Part shown: piece after piece, positions 1-15,029 of the stretch
Layout: every line of letters starts with the position of its first letter
How positions within the stretch are numbered: the stretch's first letter is position 1
NCBI GenBank assembly: GCA_963765205.1
Contig: CAVXVB010000008.1
Coordinates: forward strand, 320,001-384,000
Direction of reading: 5' to 3'
DNA from: an uncultured Verrucomicrobiae bacterium
Lineage (GTDB): Bacteria; Verrucomicrobiota; Verrucomicrobiia; Opitutales; JABDGR01
DNA: 64,000 bases
Position numbers and translations under genes: made by a program
Notes under the pieces: model-generated
Database searches by the model: none
Told to the model about the DNA's origin: nothing
Seen by the model: only the letters and a program-made list of their open reading frames with translations

Positions 1-328
<328 letters not shown>

Positions 329-397
329 ACGCGGGACAGTCTCGCGCAAACTGACCCCCTGCGCCAAGGGAAATTTTTAGGGGCGCGGTAACGTATT

Positions 398-432
398 TCG
401 GTAGGGACGCCTCGGAGAGGCGTCCCTACCGA
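398..432. repeat. GTAG-type REP-like perfect hairpin
   Basis: TCGGTAGGGACGCCTC-GGA-GAGGCGTCCCTACCGA, 16-bp arms; related copies at 12216 and 41715. Confidence 0.8.
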
Positions 433-494
433 CCCTGAGGAATTTTAACTAAAATCGCACATTTTCCATTTTCCCCCTTGCGCGAATGTCCTAC

Positions 495-517
495 CTGTGC
501 TAGTGTTGGTCATACAG
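495..517. promoter_or_regulatory. Possible YtrA/GntR autoregulatory operator
   Basis: Imperfect palindrome CTGTGCTA-N7-TCATACAG just upstream of the GntR ATG. Confidence 0.35.
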
Positions 518-909
518 TTCCATGTTACCCTTCTCCATTGAACTCCGGCCGGGCCTGCCGCTGGCCGAACAAATCGTTTACGCGGTCAAGAAGGCCGTCG
601 TGACGGGCCAGTTGCGGCCGGGCGACGCCTTTCCCTCGGTGCGGCAATTGAGCCAGGACCTGCGCATCAACCCCAACACCGCGCAGAAGGTCGCCGCCGC
701 GCTCGTGCACGAGGGCGTCCTCATCACCACGCCCGCCGTCGGCAGTTTCGTCGCGCGCCCCGAGGAAGGCAACCGCCGCGCGCGCGCCGCCCTGCTGGGC
801 GCGGAACTCGAACACCTCGTCGTCGAGGCCAAGCGCCTCGGCCTCACCCTCGACGAAGTCGCCGACGGCCTCGCCGCGCATTGGGAAAAACTTTCACCCT
901 CCCCCAAAC

Positions 910-1817
<908 letters not shown>

Positions 1818-1821
<4 letters not shown>

Positions 1822-3647
1822 AGCTCACCTGGCACATCGCCAAAAAGGATTTCCGCCGCCTGTGGCCCCTGCTCGCGCTCTGGTGGGGTGTGCTGGCGCT
1901 GCGCGCGTTTGAGCCGACCTGGGATTTAGCCACCCCGTATAAAGATTGGGACTGGTGGGCTTTACGATTCGCAGAAATCAGGCCCATCGCCATGGTAGTT
2001 TTGGACACGCTCCTGCTGATAGCCATTGGCGCCGCCGCCATCCGCGACGATTCACCCATCCGTTCCTTTGCCCATTGGCGGACACTGCCACTGGCGGGCG
2101 GGCGGGTATTGCTGGCCAAAATTCTCTTTCTCGCGGTTTTTTGCGGGCTGACCGGCGCGCTGATCAGCATCGCCACCAAAATCGCCTACGGATTTCCACC
2201 GGCAGAATTGTTGGCCGGGTTGGCCTGGTATGAGTGGAAAATCGCCGTCTGCGTGTCGCTGGGCGCGATGCTGGCATCCTTGTTCCATCATCCGTTTTTC
2301 ACTCCGGTGGTGGCGGTGATTTTTTATTGCTGCTGCGCCGTCCTCTGCGACCTGCCCGCCATTTGGTATACTCAGGTTGAAGGAATGGGGAACGGCGACG
2401 AGGGATCCACTTTGTATTTGTCGCGCTTTCTGGTTTGGTCGAATGTGTTGCTAGTTACGACGCTGGCGGTGGTGATTTATATGTATTACTCCCGTCGCCG
2501 CTGGCCCACCATCTTGATTCTGGGCGCGGGGGTAGCATTGGCGCAAGTAGCGCAAGGATTATGGCCAATCGATTTTTTTGGCCCACCCAAGTATGATTTC
2601 ATTTATATGCCGGCGCCGCCGGCGGCAATCTCCGCCCTGGCCTTGCAATTTTCGCCACTCGGTGTGACCTGGAATGAGAACGCAAGACCCGGCGATCAAT
2701 ATCGCGCGGAATTCGACGCAAAAATCTCCGGCCTGCGCTCCAGTCGCCCTGGCGAAGCTTGGTTCGCAGATACGGGTCGTTGGGTCCTCCCCCTGCCCGA
2801 TGGCAAAAAAATAGATTTTTTGGGGGGTATGGGGTCACCCTTTCCGACCAACTACGCCGAAGTCCTGCAGACGCTCGGCTTGGACAAATTTCCCGAAGAC
2901 AAAATCGAACTCTATGGAGGCAGTGGGAAGCAATTCGCTTACGCAGCCACTCTCAATTTACTTGAACTAAATTCACTTGAACAAGCGGGAGCGCAAAAGA
3001 CCCGGCCGAAATTGCAAGGCGGTTTTATGTTCCATGCCGGGCAAATGACGCGGATTGCGGATGCCCCCGTCACCCCGGGCGCGCATTTGGCGCGCACCGA
3101 GGACGATTTCACCATCCAGAACGTCGCAGTGACGCATGATGTTGACCCCGACTCCAGCCGAATCTATCGCAGGATGCCCGCCGGCCTGACCGCGGAATAC
3201 GTCGAGATTCAACTTCTGATCCAATCGGTTGCGCCGGCCGGGGCGCCCTTAGGCACGATTCACGAATACGGGTCATCATGGTATAGGGAATACTGGGTAA
3301 AAGCGCCCAGCTACTTTTTCGTTTTATGGAATCCGCAGCGGCATGAAGTGGTGCCATCGTTTCGCCTCAAGGTCGAACCCGCGACTGAATCCGAAGATCG
3401 CTACGGGCAGAATGAAGGAAACGGGTTGAGTATACGCACCTACACCAACTCCCTGCTCTTTGAATTTTATCATGCCGCCGATTCCACCCCCTGGAGTCCG
3501 CAGGAAATCCAGGCGTGGCTGGCGGGCGCGCGGCTCGTCGAGTTGCGCTATAAATGGGAGCATGAATATTACGTGCCGGCAGACATTGATCACCTGGACA
3601 TTCCCGACCACATCACCAACCACATTCCCAAAGACCCCACCCCATGA
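1818..3647 (+). CDS. ABC-2-type permease with large extracytoplasmic C-terminal domain
   Basis: Starts MKLTWHIAKKDFRRL at an ATGA overlap with the ATPase; multiple TM segments; WRTLPL motif. Confidence 0.75.
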
Positions 3648-4408
3648 ACACCCTCTGGCACATCGTAAAAAAAGACCTGCGGCGGTTTTGGCTGCTCCTC
3701 ACCGTGTTGGCCCTTGTCTTGATCGTGAAGGCCTTCTTATTGGCCGGGACCTCCTTCGGGGGGCCAGCCGTCCCGCTTAATAGCATGGATGCCTTGGGGC
3801 GAATTGCTGATACGTATTTAAGAAAAGATGGCTTACTATCCATGGCGGGAGGACTTCTGGGAATCACTGACTTTTTGATCCTATCTACCCTGATCCTCGG
3901 CATCCTGCTGGAAGACCCGCCGCTGGGCGACCGCACCTTTTGGCGCGCGCGGCCCATTGCCAGCGGGCAAATGCTAACCGCCAAGGCGATATCCCTTTTC
4001 CTCCTTAGTTGGCCGTTGCAAGCGGGGTTGCAGATACTCATTAACTTCGCCAACCATCCCTGGTATTCCGCCTTGGGCGAGCTGACGCTGATTCAAGCCA
4101 CGTGGGTCGCGGTGCTGGCGCCCATCGTGCTGTTGTGGCGAAATCCCATCACCGGCGCAGGTGCCTTGGCCGCCATCTGGGTTGGTTCCTTTATGCTGCT
4201 GGGGGAATTATTGTCACCTACTATGCCCCAGCCGGTGGGCGGGAAGCCCGATCCACTGATATCGAGGGAGGTTATATTTCTGGCCGTTTTATTCTGCACG
4301 ACCGTTGCAGTCGCGGCGTGGATGTATTTGAAAAGAAAACGTCTCATCGGCTTCCTGATTTTTAGCGCGGGCTTGGTGGCCATGTGGTGGGTGGCGGCAT
4401 GCTTTTGA
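3644..4408 (+). CDS. ABC-2-type permease, paralog of upstream gene
   Basis: MNTLWHIVKKDLRRF, FWRARPI; hydrophobic; ATGA overlap. Confidence 0.75.
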   Translation: MNTLWHIVKKDLRRFWLLLTVLALVLIVKAFLLAGTSFGGPAVPLNSMDALGRIADTYLRKDGLLSMAGGLLGITDFLILSTLILGILLEDPPLGDRTFWRARPIASGQMLTAKAISLFLLSWPLQAGLQILINFANHPWYSALGELTLIQATWVAVLAPIVLLWRNPITGAGALAAIWVGSFMLLGELLSPTMPQPVGGKPDPLISREVIFLAVLFCTTVAVAAWMYLKRKRLIGFLIFSAGLVAMWWVAACF

Positions 4409-4569
4409 ACCGCGCTGCGAACTGGCGCAGGGGGACGGCGGCGAGTTTCGTGTGGCTGGGCGCCAGCCTGCTGGCTTCCATGTGGATGTATTGCCAGCGC
4501 CAACGCCGCACGGGTTTTCTCATTCTCACCCTGGGGGTGACGATCATTGTCGTGCCTTTCTTGTGGTGA
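4399..4569 (+). pseudogene. Fragment resembling the last TM segments of the permeases
   Basis: MWMYCQRQRRTGFLILTLG compared with AWMYLKRKRLIGFLIFSAG in 3644..4408. Confidence 0.5.
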
Positions 4570-4794
4570 AACGCGGCGTTGTGGTTCAATTCGCGAGCGG
4601 CGTGGTTGGCGTGGCGCGATGCTTCAGCCCGCGCGGCAAATCATCGGTGGTGGAATAAGCGAGGGCTGTGGTTTATCATCCAATTATCGCGGCGCGGCCT
4701 CGCAGCGCGAGGCCACGGCCACCTCGGCAAAGACGATCGAGCCTTGCCCGGGTTTTACTTTCGGGGTCATCGAATCAACCAGCGTGAGCCGTGG

Positions 4795-7251
4795 TTAGGC
4801 TTTTTCTTCCTCCTCCGCGTCTTCGGTTTCGATGACTTTGCAGAGGCCGACGAGTTTGTCGCCGGGTTCGAGGCGGACGAGGCGCACGCCTTGCGCGACG
4901 CGGCCGGTGGTCCGGATGTCCTTGACCGGCGAGCGCACGGCCTGGCCGGAGGCGGTGAGCATCATCACTTCGTCGTTCTCGCGCACGCTGAGCGCGCCGG
5001 CGACGCCGCTTTCCGTCTTGATGGCGATGACGCCCTTGCCGCCGCGCGACTGGAGGCGGAAGACGGGGCCGTCCTCGTCGTCGAAGGGCGTGCGCTTGCC
5101 GATGCCATTGACGCCGGCGACGAGCAACGTGCAGGCCGGGTCCACGACTTCCATGGCCTTGACGGTGTCGCCTTTGTCCAACCTCATGCCGATGACGCCG
5201 GTGGCGGGGCGGCCCATTTCGCGGGCTTCCTCCTCGGGGAAACGGATGGACATGCCTTCGGCGGAAATGAGGACAACCTGCTGGCCGACGGTGATTTCCT
5301 TGACGGCGATGAGCGTGTCGCCGGCCTCAATGTTGATGGCGATGATGCCGCCCTTGCGCACGTTGGCGTATTCCTTGAGCGCGGTCTTTTTGATGACGCC
5401 GAGTTGCGTGCAGAACATGAGGCTCTTGCCCGGCTCCTCGAGGGACTTCACGCAGACCATCGCGGTCATTTTCTCGTCTTTCTGCATCTGCACGACGTTG
5501 GCGATGGCGCGGCCCTTCGAGGTGCGGGTGCCCTCGGGGATTTCGTAAACTTTTTCGACATAGACTCTGCCGTTGCTGGTGAAGAACATCATGTAGTCGT
5601 GCGTGCTGGCGGTGAAGAGGTGCTCGACAAAGTCCTCCTCGTGCTGGCCGGTGCCGATGACGCCCTTGCCGCCGCGCTTTTGCGAGCGGTAGGCGCTGAC
5701 GGCGGTGCGCTTGATGAAGCCCAGGTGCGAGACGGTGACGATGCAGCCCTCGTTGGCGACAACGTCCTCCATGCGGAACTCGCCCTCGGCGGCGACGAGC
5801 TTGGTGCGGCGCGGCGAGGGAAACTTTTCCTTCAATTCGCGCAATTCCTTCTTGATGACGCCAAGGAGTTTTTTCTCGCTGCGGAGGATTTCCTCGTATT
5901 CGAAGGCCAGCTCCATGAGCTGTTTGTATTCCTCGGTGATTTTGTCGCGCTCGAGGCCGGTCAACTGGTAGAGGCGCAGGTCGAGGATGGCGTTGGTCTG
6001 TTTTTCGGAAAGGGGGTATTTGGCCATGAGGCGCACGCGAGCCTCGTCGCGGTCGGGGGAGCTGCGGATGATTTTGACGATGTCGTCGAGGTGCTTGAGC
6101 GCAATCTGGTAGCCTTCGAGGATGTGGGCGCGGTCCTGGACCTTGCGCAGCAAAAATTTCGTGCGGCGGGTGACGACCTCGCGGCGGTGCTCGACGTAGC
6201 AGTCCAGCATCTCGCGGATGTTCATCTGCTTGGGGCGGCGCTTGTCGAGCGCGAGCAGGATGACGCCGAAGGAGGCCTCGAACTGCGTGTGCTTGTAGAG
6301 TTTGTTGACGACGACGCGGGCGGACTCACCGCGCTTGAGTTCGAGGACGATGCGGGTCTTCTCGTCGGATTCGTCGCGCAGGTCGGAGACCTCGTCGAAG
6401 GTCTTGTCCTGCACGAGCGCGGCGATGTTCTGCGTGAGGGTGGCGCGGTTGACGTTGTAGGGGATCTCGGTGATGACGATCTGCTCCTTGCCGTTTTTGA
6501 TCTCCTCGGAGTGGCATTCGCCGCGCATGTGGACGATGCCGCGGCCGGTGCGCAGGTAGCTTTCGATGCCCTCGCGCCCGGCAATCATGCCGCCGGTGGG
6601 AAAGTCGGGGCCGGGGACGAGCTTGATCAGCTCGTCCATGGACAGGCGCGGGTTGTCCATGATGGCGCAAACGGCGTCAATCAGCTCGCCGAGGTTGTGG
6701 GGCGGGATGTTGGTGGTCATGCCGACGGCAATGCCGGTCGAGCCGTTCATGAGCAAATTGGGCAGGCCGGCGGGGAAGACGGCCGGCTCGGTGGACTTTT
6801 CGTCGTAATTGGGGCCGAAATCCACGGTGTCCTCGTCAATGCCGCGGAGGAGTTCCTCGGCGATGGCGGTGAGGCGGCACTCGGTGTAGCGGTAGGCGGC
6901 GGGCGGGTCGCCGTCCACCGAGCCGAAGTTGCCCTGGGGGTCCACGAGCGGGTAGGCCATGACCCAGGGCTGGGCCATGCGCACGAGAGTGTCGTAAACC
7001 GAGCTGTCGCCGTGGGGGTGGTAAGTCTTGAGCACTTCGCCGACGACGCCGGCGCATTTGGTGGTGGAGCGGTTGTGCAGCAGGCCTTCGCGCAGCATGG
7101 CATAGAGGACGCGGCGCTGGACGGGCTTTAGGCCGTCGCGGGCGTCCGGCAGCGCGCGCGAGATGATGACCGACATTGAATAATCAATGTAGGCCGTCTG
7201 CATGATGTCGGTGATGCTGGTCGGCGTCAGTTTTTCTTTGTCGGAGTACAT
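4795..7251 (-). CDS. gyrA: DNA gyrase subunit A
   Basis: [29 protein letters not shown], GyrA-box QKRGGKG. Confidence 0.97.
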   Translation of the reverse strand: MYSDKEKLTPTSITDIMQTAYIDYSMSVIISRALPDARDGLKPVQRRVLYAMLREGLLHNRSTTKCAGVVGEVLKTYHPHGDSSVYDTLVRMAQPWVMAYPLVDPQGNFGSVDGDPPAAYRYTECRLTAIAEELLRGIDEDTVDFGPNYDEKSTEPAVFPAGLPNLLMNGSTGIAVGMTTNIPPHNLGELIDAVCAIMDNPRLSMDELIKLVPGPDFPTGGMIAGREGIESYLRTGRGIVHMRGECHSEEIKNGKEQIVITEIPYNVNRATLTQNIAALVQDKTFDEVSDLRDESDEKTRIVLELKRGESARVVVNKLYKHTQFEASFGVILLALDKRRPKQMNIREMLDCYVEHRREVVTRRTKFLLRKVQDRAHILEGYQIALKHLDDIVKIIRSSPDRDEARVRLMAKYPLSEKQTNAILDLRLYQLTGLERDKITEEYKQLMELAFEYEEILRSEKKLLGVIKKELRELKEKFPSPRRTKLVAAEGEFRMEDVVANEGCIVTVSHLGFIKRTAVSAYRSQKRGGKGVIGTGQHEEDFVEHLFTASTHDYMMFFTSNGRVYVEKVYEIPEGTRTSKGRAIANVVQMQKDEKMTAMVCVKSLEEPGKSLMFCTQLGVIKKTALKEYANVRKGGIIAINIEAGDTLIAVKEITVGQQVVLISAEGMSIRFPEEEAREMGRPATGVIGMRLDKGDTVKAMEVVDPACTLLVAGVNGIGKRTPFDDEDGPVFRLQSRGGKGVIAIKTESGVAGALSVRENDEVMMLTASGQAVRSPVKDIRTTGRVAQGVRLVRLEPGDKLVGLCKVIETEDAEEEEKA

Positions 7252-7256
7252 TAGGA

Positions 7257-7293
7257 AAGGATGAAGGATGAAGGATGAGGGATGAAGGATGAA
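7257..7293. repeat. Heptamer array (AAGGATG)x5, arm downstream of the four-helix-bundle gene
   Basis: aaggatg aaggatg aaggatg agggatg aaggatg; 7271-7293 is the exact reverse complement of 7691-7713. Confidence 0.9.
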
Positions 7294-7306
7294 GAAAGCC
7301 CGCGGG

Positions 7307-7702
7307 TTATTTTTTCGAAACGGGTTCGCGGCGTTTCACGTTTTTCACACAGGTGCTGAGGATGGAAATGAGTTCGTTGGATTCGGTTTGCAGGTCGCGC
7401 AGACGCGGTTCTGGCATCAGGCCGGACTCGATGAGCAACTCCAACCAATATTGGGTTTCATCGAGTTCCTGAAGGGCCAATTCGAGTTTGGCGATGAATT
7501 CGGCATTGGAGCGGCTGCGCCGGGCCTCGCGGTGATGGGCGCCGACCGAAATGCCGGAACGCAAAACCTGCCGGCCGATGACTTGGCCTGCCTGAGTGCG
7601 CGGTAAAGCGGTGGAAAGTTTGATGACACGAAGGGCAAATTGTTTGAGCCGCGCCGAAAGGTCCGGCGCGGTGGGTTGGGTGGGTTTGGTTTCATCCTTC
7701 AT
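7307..7702 (-). CDS. Four-helix-bundle protein (23S rRNA IVP / TIGR02436-like)
   Basis: FALRVIKL...QVLRSGISVGAHHREA.RSRS.AEFIAKL..ALQELDETQYWLELL. Confidence 0.9.
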   Translation of the reverse strand: MKDETKPTQPTAPDLSARLKQFALRVIKLSTALPRTQAGQVIGRQVLRSGISVGAHHREARRSRSNAEFIAKLELALQELDETQYWLELLIESGLMPEPRLRDLQTESNELISILSTCVKNVKRREPVSKK

Positions 7703-7711
7703 CCCTCATCC

Positions 7712-7713
<2 letters not shown>
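7691..7713. repeat. Heptamer array (TTCATCC)x3, arm upstream of and overlapping the four-helix-bundle start codon
   Basis: ttcatcc ttcatcc ctcatcc tt; abuts the true gyrB stop at 7712-7714. Confidence 0.9.
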
Positions 7714-10254
<2,541 letters not shown>

Positions 10255-10371
10255 TCAAGGTAACAAGCAGGAGGCCAAAAGCCACAAAAAAGTGACCAAA
10301 AACGCAGATTTTTTGAGCCAGAAATAGGCCAGCCAAGCTATTGGTTCCCGCACCCCATTTTTCGTGCTTTC

Positions 10372-10452
10372 CTTCTACCTTCCACCTCCTACCTTCTATC
10401 TCCACGTTTTCCCCTTTCCGACCCTTCATCCTTCATCCCTCATCCTTCATCC
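10372..10452 (+). repeat. Two heptamer arrays (CTTCYAC-like, then TTCATCC x4) ending 6 nt before an ATG
   Basis: 10425-10452 is identical over 28 nt to the arm ahead of gyrA, including the CTCATCC variant in third place. Confidence 0.85.
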
Positions 10453-10458
10453 TTTCAT

Positions 10459-11379
10459 ATGGAACTCCTTGATTACCAAAATATTAAAATCGCCCAATGG
10501 CGCCGCGGCCCCTCGACTTTCCGGGCTTGGCCGGAGGCGGGCGCGCGGCTGATGGACTGGCAGATTGCCGTCACCGGCCAGCCGACACGCGCCGTCCTGC
10601 ACTGGCCGGACAACCCCGACCTGTCGAAACCAGCCAAAATCCGCGGCGGCAACCCCATTCTTTTCCCCTTTGTGGCGCGCACGTTTGACCGGGGCGACCT
10701 CGGCTTCTGGCGTGGGCCTGACGGGCAGCGCCGGCCCATGCCGATGCATGGCTTCGCACGCGATGGAAAATTTGCCCTGGCCCGCGCCGACGACACCGGC
10801 TTCACCGCGATTTTGGAGCCGTCCGCCGCCGCGCGCGAAGCCTACCCGTTCGATTATCAATTCTCGGTCACCTATGTTTTTGCGGAGCTGTCGTTCTGGG
10901 TGCATCTGGAATTGGAAAACCGCGGCGCGGCGCCGCTGCCATGGTGCGCGGGGCATCATTTTTATTTCCGCCTGCCTTGGCACGCGCAGTTGCGGCGCGC
11001 GGACTACGCCCTGCGCGTGCCGGCCCGCAAAGCCTTCCGCCACGCCGCCGACGGGCACTTGGAGCCGGAGAAAAACGTCGCGCCCGACAGCACCTTCGCC
11101 GACCCGGGCAACGTGGACCTCATCCGCTGCAAACTGAAATCCAACCTCATCACCTTCGGCCCGAAAAACGACGAGGAAAACATCACCCTCCGCCACGGCC
11201 CCGACCCGGTGCCCGCGCCCTGGGCCAGCCTCGTCACCTGGACGGAAAGCGACACCTCGCCCTTCTATTGCGTCGAGCCCTGGATGGGCCTGCCGAATTC
11301 CCCCGAAAACGAAAAAGGTCTGCACTGTGTCGAGGCGGGAAGCACGGGGAAGTTTTCGGTGGAGGTGTCGGTGATGTGA
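10459..11379 (+). CDS. Aldose 1-epimerase / galactose mutarotase-like protein
   Basis: IRGGNPILFP, MHGFAR, GHHFYF, FYCVEPW. Confidence 0.9.
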   Translation: MELLDYQNIKIAQWRRGPSTFRAWPEAGARLMDWQIAVTGQPTRAVLHWPDNPDLSKPAKIRGGNPILFPFVARTFDRGDLGFWRGPDGQRRPMPMHGFARDGKFALARADDTGFTAILEPSAAAREAYPFDYQFSVTYVFAELSFWVHLELENRGAAPLPWCAGHHFYFRLPWHAQLRRADYALRVPARKAFRHAADGHLEPEKNVAPDSTFADPGNVDLIRCKLKSNLITFGPKNDEENITLRHGPDPVPAPWASLVTWTESDTSPFYCVEPWMGLPNSPENEKGLHCVEAGSTGKFSVEVSVM

Positions 11380-11535
11380 TTAATACTTCGCCCTCGATAG
11401 AGCATCAATCAAAGTCTTACAGCGTGCAACCAAGTAGTAAATCTGATCGTCTGTTTTCTCGGAATGCTCATCATCTACAGTTGAAGCAGTATAAAGCGCC
11501 CCTGCCTTTTGCCGCATATCGCCACTGCTTCTATA

Positions 11536-11949
11536 TCAGCCGGGCATCATCAACGACAACTGCTCGCGCTCAAACCGGCGGTAAACCTTGAAATCGCGCA
11601 TGTCCACGGTCACAACTTTGGCGCGGGGGAAGAGTTCGCTTAAAACCACGAGGGAGGCGTCGGCGGCGTCCATGCGCTCGAATTTCAACATCAGTTCCTG
11701 GGTGCGCCGCAAATGTTCCGGCCAAAGCGGAAACAGCACCAGCGCGCCGTGGCGCACCAAATCCAACAAGGCATGAGACTGGGAGGTGTTGCCGCCCAGA
11801 TGATGGCAGGCTTCGCCCAAGACAATTTCGGTTGTGTGCAGCCGGCCCCGGCGACCGGAAAGCGTCCGGTGGCTCCATTCGTGCCATTGGTCGGCTGCAT
11901 CCAGCCAGCCGATGAGCGGTCCGGCATCCACTATGGTTTCAACGACCAT
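11536..11949 (-). CDS. PIN-domain (VapC-like) toxin
   Basis: IVDAGPLI..., TEIVLGEA, MDAADASLV, TVD.RDF acidic PIN residues. Confidence 0.85.
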   Translation of the reverse strand: MVVETIVDAGPLIGWLDAADQWHEWSHRTLSGRRGRLHTTEIVLGEACHHLGGNTSQSHALLDLVRHGALVLFPLWPEHLRRTQELMLKFERMDAADASLVVLSELFPRAKVVTVDMRDFKVYRRFEREQLSLMMPG

Positions 11950-12154
11950 AGCCCTCGCGGGTGGAGAGATCGCCCGGCCCACGGAACATGCCGAGGTAGG
12001 GTTTGGCCAGGGTGGCAAAATCCGGCTCGGGCGCGGAGAGTTCGCGTTCGAGGGCGCGCCGCGTCAACACGGACAGGTTTTCCTTCCGCTTCTGCGCCTC
12101 GGTGCGCAAACGGCGGTTGAGAGTGGCGGTTAACTTGATGGTGAGTGAAGGCAT
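11939..12154 (-). CDS. RHH/CopG-type antitoxin
   Basis: MPSLTIKL...ENLSVLTRRALE, ends GPGDLST; overlaps the PIN gene. Confidence 0.8.
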   Translation of the reverse strand: MPSLTIKLTATLNRRLRTEAQKRKENLSVLTRRALERELSAPEPDFATLAKPYLGMFRGPGDLSTREGYGR

Positions 12155-12215
12155 AGTGTCTTACGGTAGTCTTACTCTGGCAAAAGTCAAGACTGCATGG
12201 TTCAGGATAATCGGC

Positions 12216-12241
12216 GGACGCCACGGAGTGGCGTCCCTACC
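12216..12241. repeat. GTAG-type REP-like hairpin
   Basis: GGACGCCAC-GGA-GTGGCGTCC-CTACC. Confidence 0.75.
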
Positions 12242-12261
12242 AAAATGCGTCCGCACGGGGT

Positions 12262-12831
12262 TCAGTCTTCGATTCCCACGCCTTCCGCCTTCAATAGCTC
12301 CCGCTTTTTCTTGGGGCCCCAAGCGTAGCCGCCGAGGTGGCCGCCGCTCGCCAGGACGCGGTGGCAGGGCACGAGCACGCCGACGGGGTTCGCGCCGACC
12401 GCGCCGCCGACGGCCCGGGCCGAGTTGGGTTGGCGCAGGCGGCGCGCGATTTCGCCGTAGGTGACGGTCGCGCCGCGCGGGATTTGCAAAAGCGCGCGCC
12501 AGACGCGGCGTTGGAAGGCAGTGCCTTTGAGGAGCACGCGCAGGGCCGCGCCCCGGCTACCGCGCCAGGCCGCGACCGCTTTTTTCAGCGCCGCCGCCGT
12601 GCCCCTGTTATCGCAGCGCACGGTCGCGCCGGGCCACGCGGCCACGAATTGATCCATCGCCGCCGCTACAGATTTGCCGCGTTCGACGAGGTGGAGCGCC
12701 GCGAGATCCGGGCCGACGAAGCCGAGCATGACCCAGCCCCAGGGGCTTTTGTGGAGGCCGACCACGAGTTCCGGTTTGCGCGCCTGTTTGGCCCAGGCCC
12801 GCGCGTCTACTTCGGCGATTTTGAGGTTCAT
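12262..12831 (-). CDS. ogt: Methylated-DNA-protein cysteine methyltransferase
   Basis: GTAFQRRVW, TYGEIA, ARAVG, active-site PCHRV. Confidence 0.92.
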   Translation of the reverse strand: MNLKIAEVDARAWAKQARKPELVVGLHKSPWGWVMLGFVGPDLAALHLVERGKSVAAAMDQFVAAWPGATVRCDNRGTAAALKKAVAAWRGSRGAALRVLLKGTAFQRRVWRALLQIPRGATVTYGEIARRLRQPNSARAVGGAVGANPVGVLVPCHRVLASGGHLGGYAWGPKKKRELLKAEGVGIED

Positions 12832-12999
12832 GCGACCAGCCAAACGTCCGCGCCGCGAATAGGCAACCCCTCAGCGCGAAAAACCCGCAAAATTCACCCG
12901 TTTGCCATATACTGAACAAATTAGCATTATTAGGCTTGCACTGCGCATTTCTCCCATTATTTTCCAAGATTGTTGCTGGCGTTTTCCCGCCTCTTCTAT

Positions 13000-13048
13000 T
13001 TCTTAATTCAGCAGTCAGCATTCAGAACTCCTCATTCTTAACTCCCTC
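13000..13048 (+). repeat. Degenerate heptamer array upstream of recA
   Basis: ttcttaa ttcagca gtcagca ttcagaa ctcctca ttcttaa ctccctc. Confidence 0.65.
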
Positions 13049-13054
13049 CCTCCC

Positions 13055-14134
13055 ATGGCCAAAGCCGCCCCCATCGAAACCCCGGCCCCGAAGGCCGCCC
13101 GCCCCATCGAGCTGGCCCTGTCGGCCATCAACAAACAATTTGGCGACGGCACGATCATGCGCCTGGGCGACGCGACCAAGATGCGCGTCTCCAGTATCTC
13201 CACCGGCTCGGTGGCGATTGACCTGGCGCTGGGCTGCGGCGGGCTGCCGCGCGGGCGCATCATCGAGATTTTTGGGCCGGAGTCGTCGGGCAAGACGACG
13301 CTGTGCCTGTCCGTCATCGCCGAGGCGCAGCGCCAGGGCGGCAACGCGGTGTTCATTGACGTCGAGCACGCGCTGGACCCGAAATACGCCAAGACGGTGG
13401 GCGTGGATCTGGGCAACCTGATGGTCTCGCAGCCGGAATCGGGTGAGGACGCGTTGAACATCGTCGAGACGCTCATCCGCTCGAACGCGATTAACGTCGT
13501 GGTGCTCGACTCGGTGGCCGCGCTGGTGTCAAAGGTGGAACTGGAGGGCCAGATGGGCGACGCGACGGTCGGCGTGCAGGCGCGGATGATGAGCCAGGCC
13601 ATGCGCCGGCTGACGGCGTGCATCAGCAAGAGCCAGTGTGTGTGCATCTTCACCAATCAAATCCGCGAAAAAATCGGCGTCATGTATGGCAACCCGGAAA
13701 CGACGCCCGGCGGGCGCGCGCTGAAGTTTTTCTCCTCGGCCCGGCTGGACATCCGCCGTGTCGCGCAAATCAAGGACCCGACGGGCAAGGTCATCGGCAA
13801 CCGCACGAAGGTGAAGGTCGTGAAGAATAAGGTCGCGCCGCCGTTCACGGAATGCGAGTTCGACATCATGTTCGACGAGGGCATCTCGCGCTCTGGTTCG
13901 CTGCTGGACCTGGGCATTGAGCACAAGATTTTGGAAAAGAAGGGCGCGTGGATCGCCTACCTGGGCAACCTCATCGGCCAGGGCCGCGAGGCGGCGAAGA
14001 AATACCTCGACGACAATCCCAAGATCGCCGCCGAGGTCAAAAAAGCCATCATGGAAAAAGTCACGGTGGCCGGCGGCGACGCCATCGCGGAAGGCGGCGA
14101 CCCGGACGAAGACGAAGGCAAGGAGAAGAAGTAG
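13055..14134 (+). CDS. recA: Recombinase RecA
   Basis: [44 protein letters not shown]. Confidence 0.98.
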   Translation: MAKAAPIETPAPKAARPIELALSAINKQFGDGTIMRLGDATKMRVSSISTGSVAIDLALGCGGLPRGRIIEIFGPESSGKTTLCLSVIAEAQRQGGNAVFIDVEHALDPKYAKTVGVDLGNLMVSQPESGEDALNIVETLIRSNAINVVVLDSVAALVSKVELEGQMGDATVGVQARMMSQAMRRLTACISKSQCVCIFTNQIREKIGVMYGNPETTPGGRALKFFSSARLDIRRVAQIKDPTGKVIGNRTKVKVVKNKVAPPFTECEFDIMFDEGISRSGSLLDLGIEHKILEKKGAWIAYLGNLIGQGREAAKKYLDDNPKIAAEVKKAIMEKVTVAGGDAIAEGGDPDEDEGKEKK

Positions 14135-14195
14135 GGCGAAACTATTTTTGAAAAATGTCTTGCATTATTCAAAATTTAGATTACCTTCTTTCACA

Positions 14196-15029
14196 ATGAA
14201 CGGCGAAATCATCATAGGGGATTGCGTCAAAGTCCTGGCCAAACTGCCGGATGAAAGTTTTCAGGCGATTATCGCCGACCCGCCCTATTTTCAAGTGCTG
14301 CTCGGAGAGGATTGGGACAACCAATGGCACTCGGAAGATGAATATCTGTCGTGGTTTGATAGTTGGGTGGGTTTGGCAAGTCGCAAGCTCAAGCACGATG
14401 GCCTGTTCTTTATTTTCGGCCAGTTGGGAAAACGCGAACATGCGTGGCTCCATGCCTGCTCGCGAACCGCCCGCCAGCTTCAATTTCATGACATGCTGAT
14501 CTGGGATCGGGCCGTGGGGTACAACGAGCGGTATGACAGTTTTACCCCTTGCTATGAAATGGTGCTGGTCTTGAGGAAGTCCGAATCGGCCAAGCCCTAT
14601 TTCAACAAAGATGTGCTCCGGGTGTCCTACGATGACGAGACGATTCAAAATTATATGCGGGATAAACGATACAAGGACATGGACGCGCGCCGCGAGCACT
14701 TGGAAAAAGGCAAATATGCCACCAACATTTTGCGCGTGCCCAGCCTCAAGGGTTCTTCCAAGGAAAAAGTCGGCCACCCCTCCCAAAAGCCGCTCAAGTT
14801 AATTCAGGACTTAGTCGCTTGTTCCACCCGCAAAGGCGATCAGGTGCTCGATCCATTTTTGGGGTCGGGAACGACCGCGGCGGCTTGTGAAAACCTTGGC
14901 CGCCATTGGACCGGCATCGAAACCCAAGCTAAATATGCCAAGCTGGCCGAGGCACGGATAAAAGATCTTGCGGCGGAAATGGCGCTTTTTAGCGATGTTA
15001 CTGCTGAAACGTCCTTGGTTGGGAGCTAA
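14196..15029 (+). CDS. Amino (N6-A/N4-C) DNA methyltransferase, beta class
   Basis: DPPY precedes HPSQKP and DPFLGSGTT; lower GC than flanks. Confidence 0.9.
   Translation: MNGEIIIGDCVKVLAKLPDESFQAIIADPPYFQVLLGEDWDNQWHSEDEYLSWFDSWVGLASRKLKHDGLFFIFGQLGKREHAWLHACSRTARQLQFHDMLIWDRAVGYNERYDSFTPCYEMVLVLRKSESAKPYFNKDVLRVSYDDETIQNYMRDKRYKDMDARREHLEKGKYATNILRVPSLKGSSKEKVGHPSQKPLKLIQDLVACSTRKGDQVLDPFLGSGTTAAACENLGRHWTGIETQAKYAKLAEARIKDLAAEMALFSDVTAETSLVGS

Noticed and set aside
7307..7702. Diversity-generating retroelement (Avd-like gene)
   Set aside because: No reverse transcriptase or TR/VR pair differing at adenines was seen in the window.
12900..12930. LexA box upstream of recA
   Set aside because: Only a GAACA half-site; no convincing palindrome.
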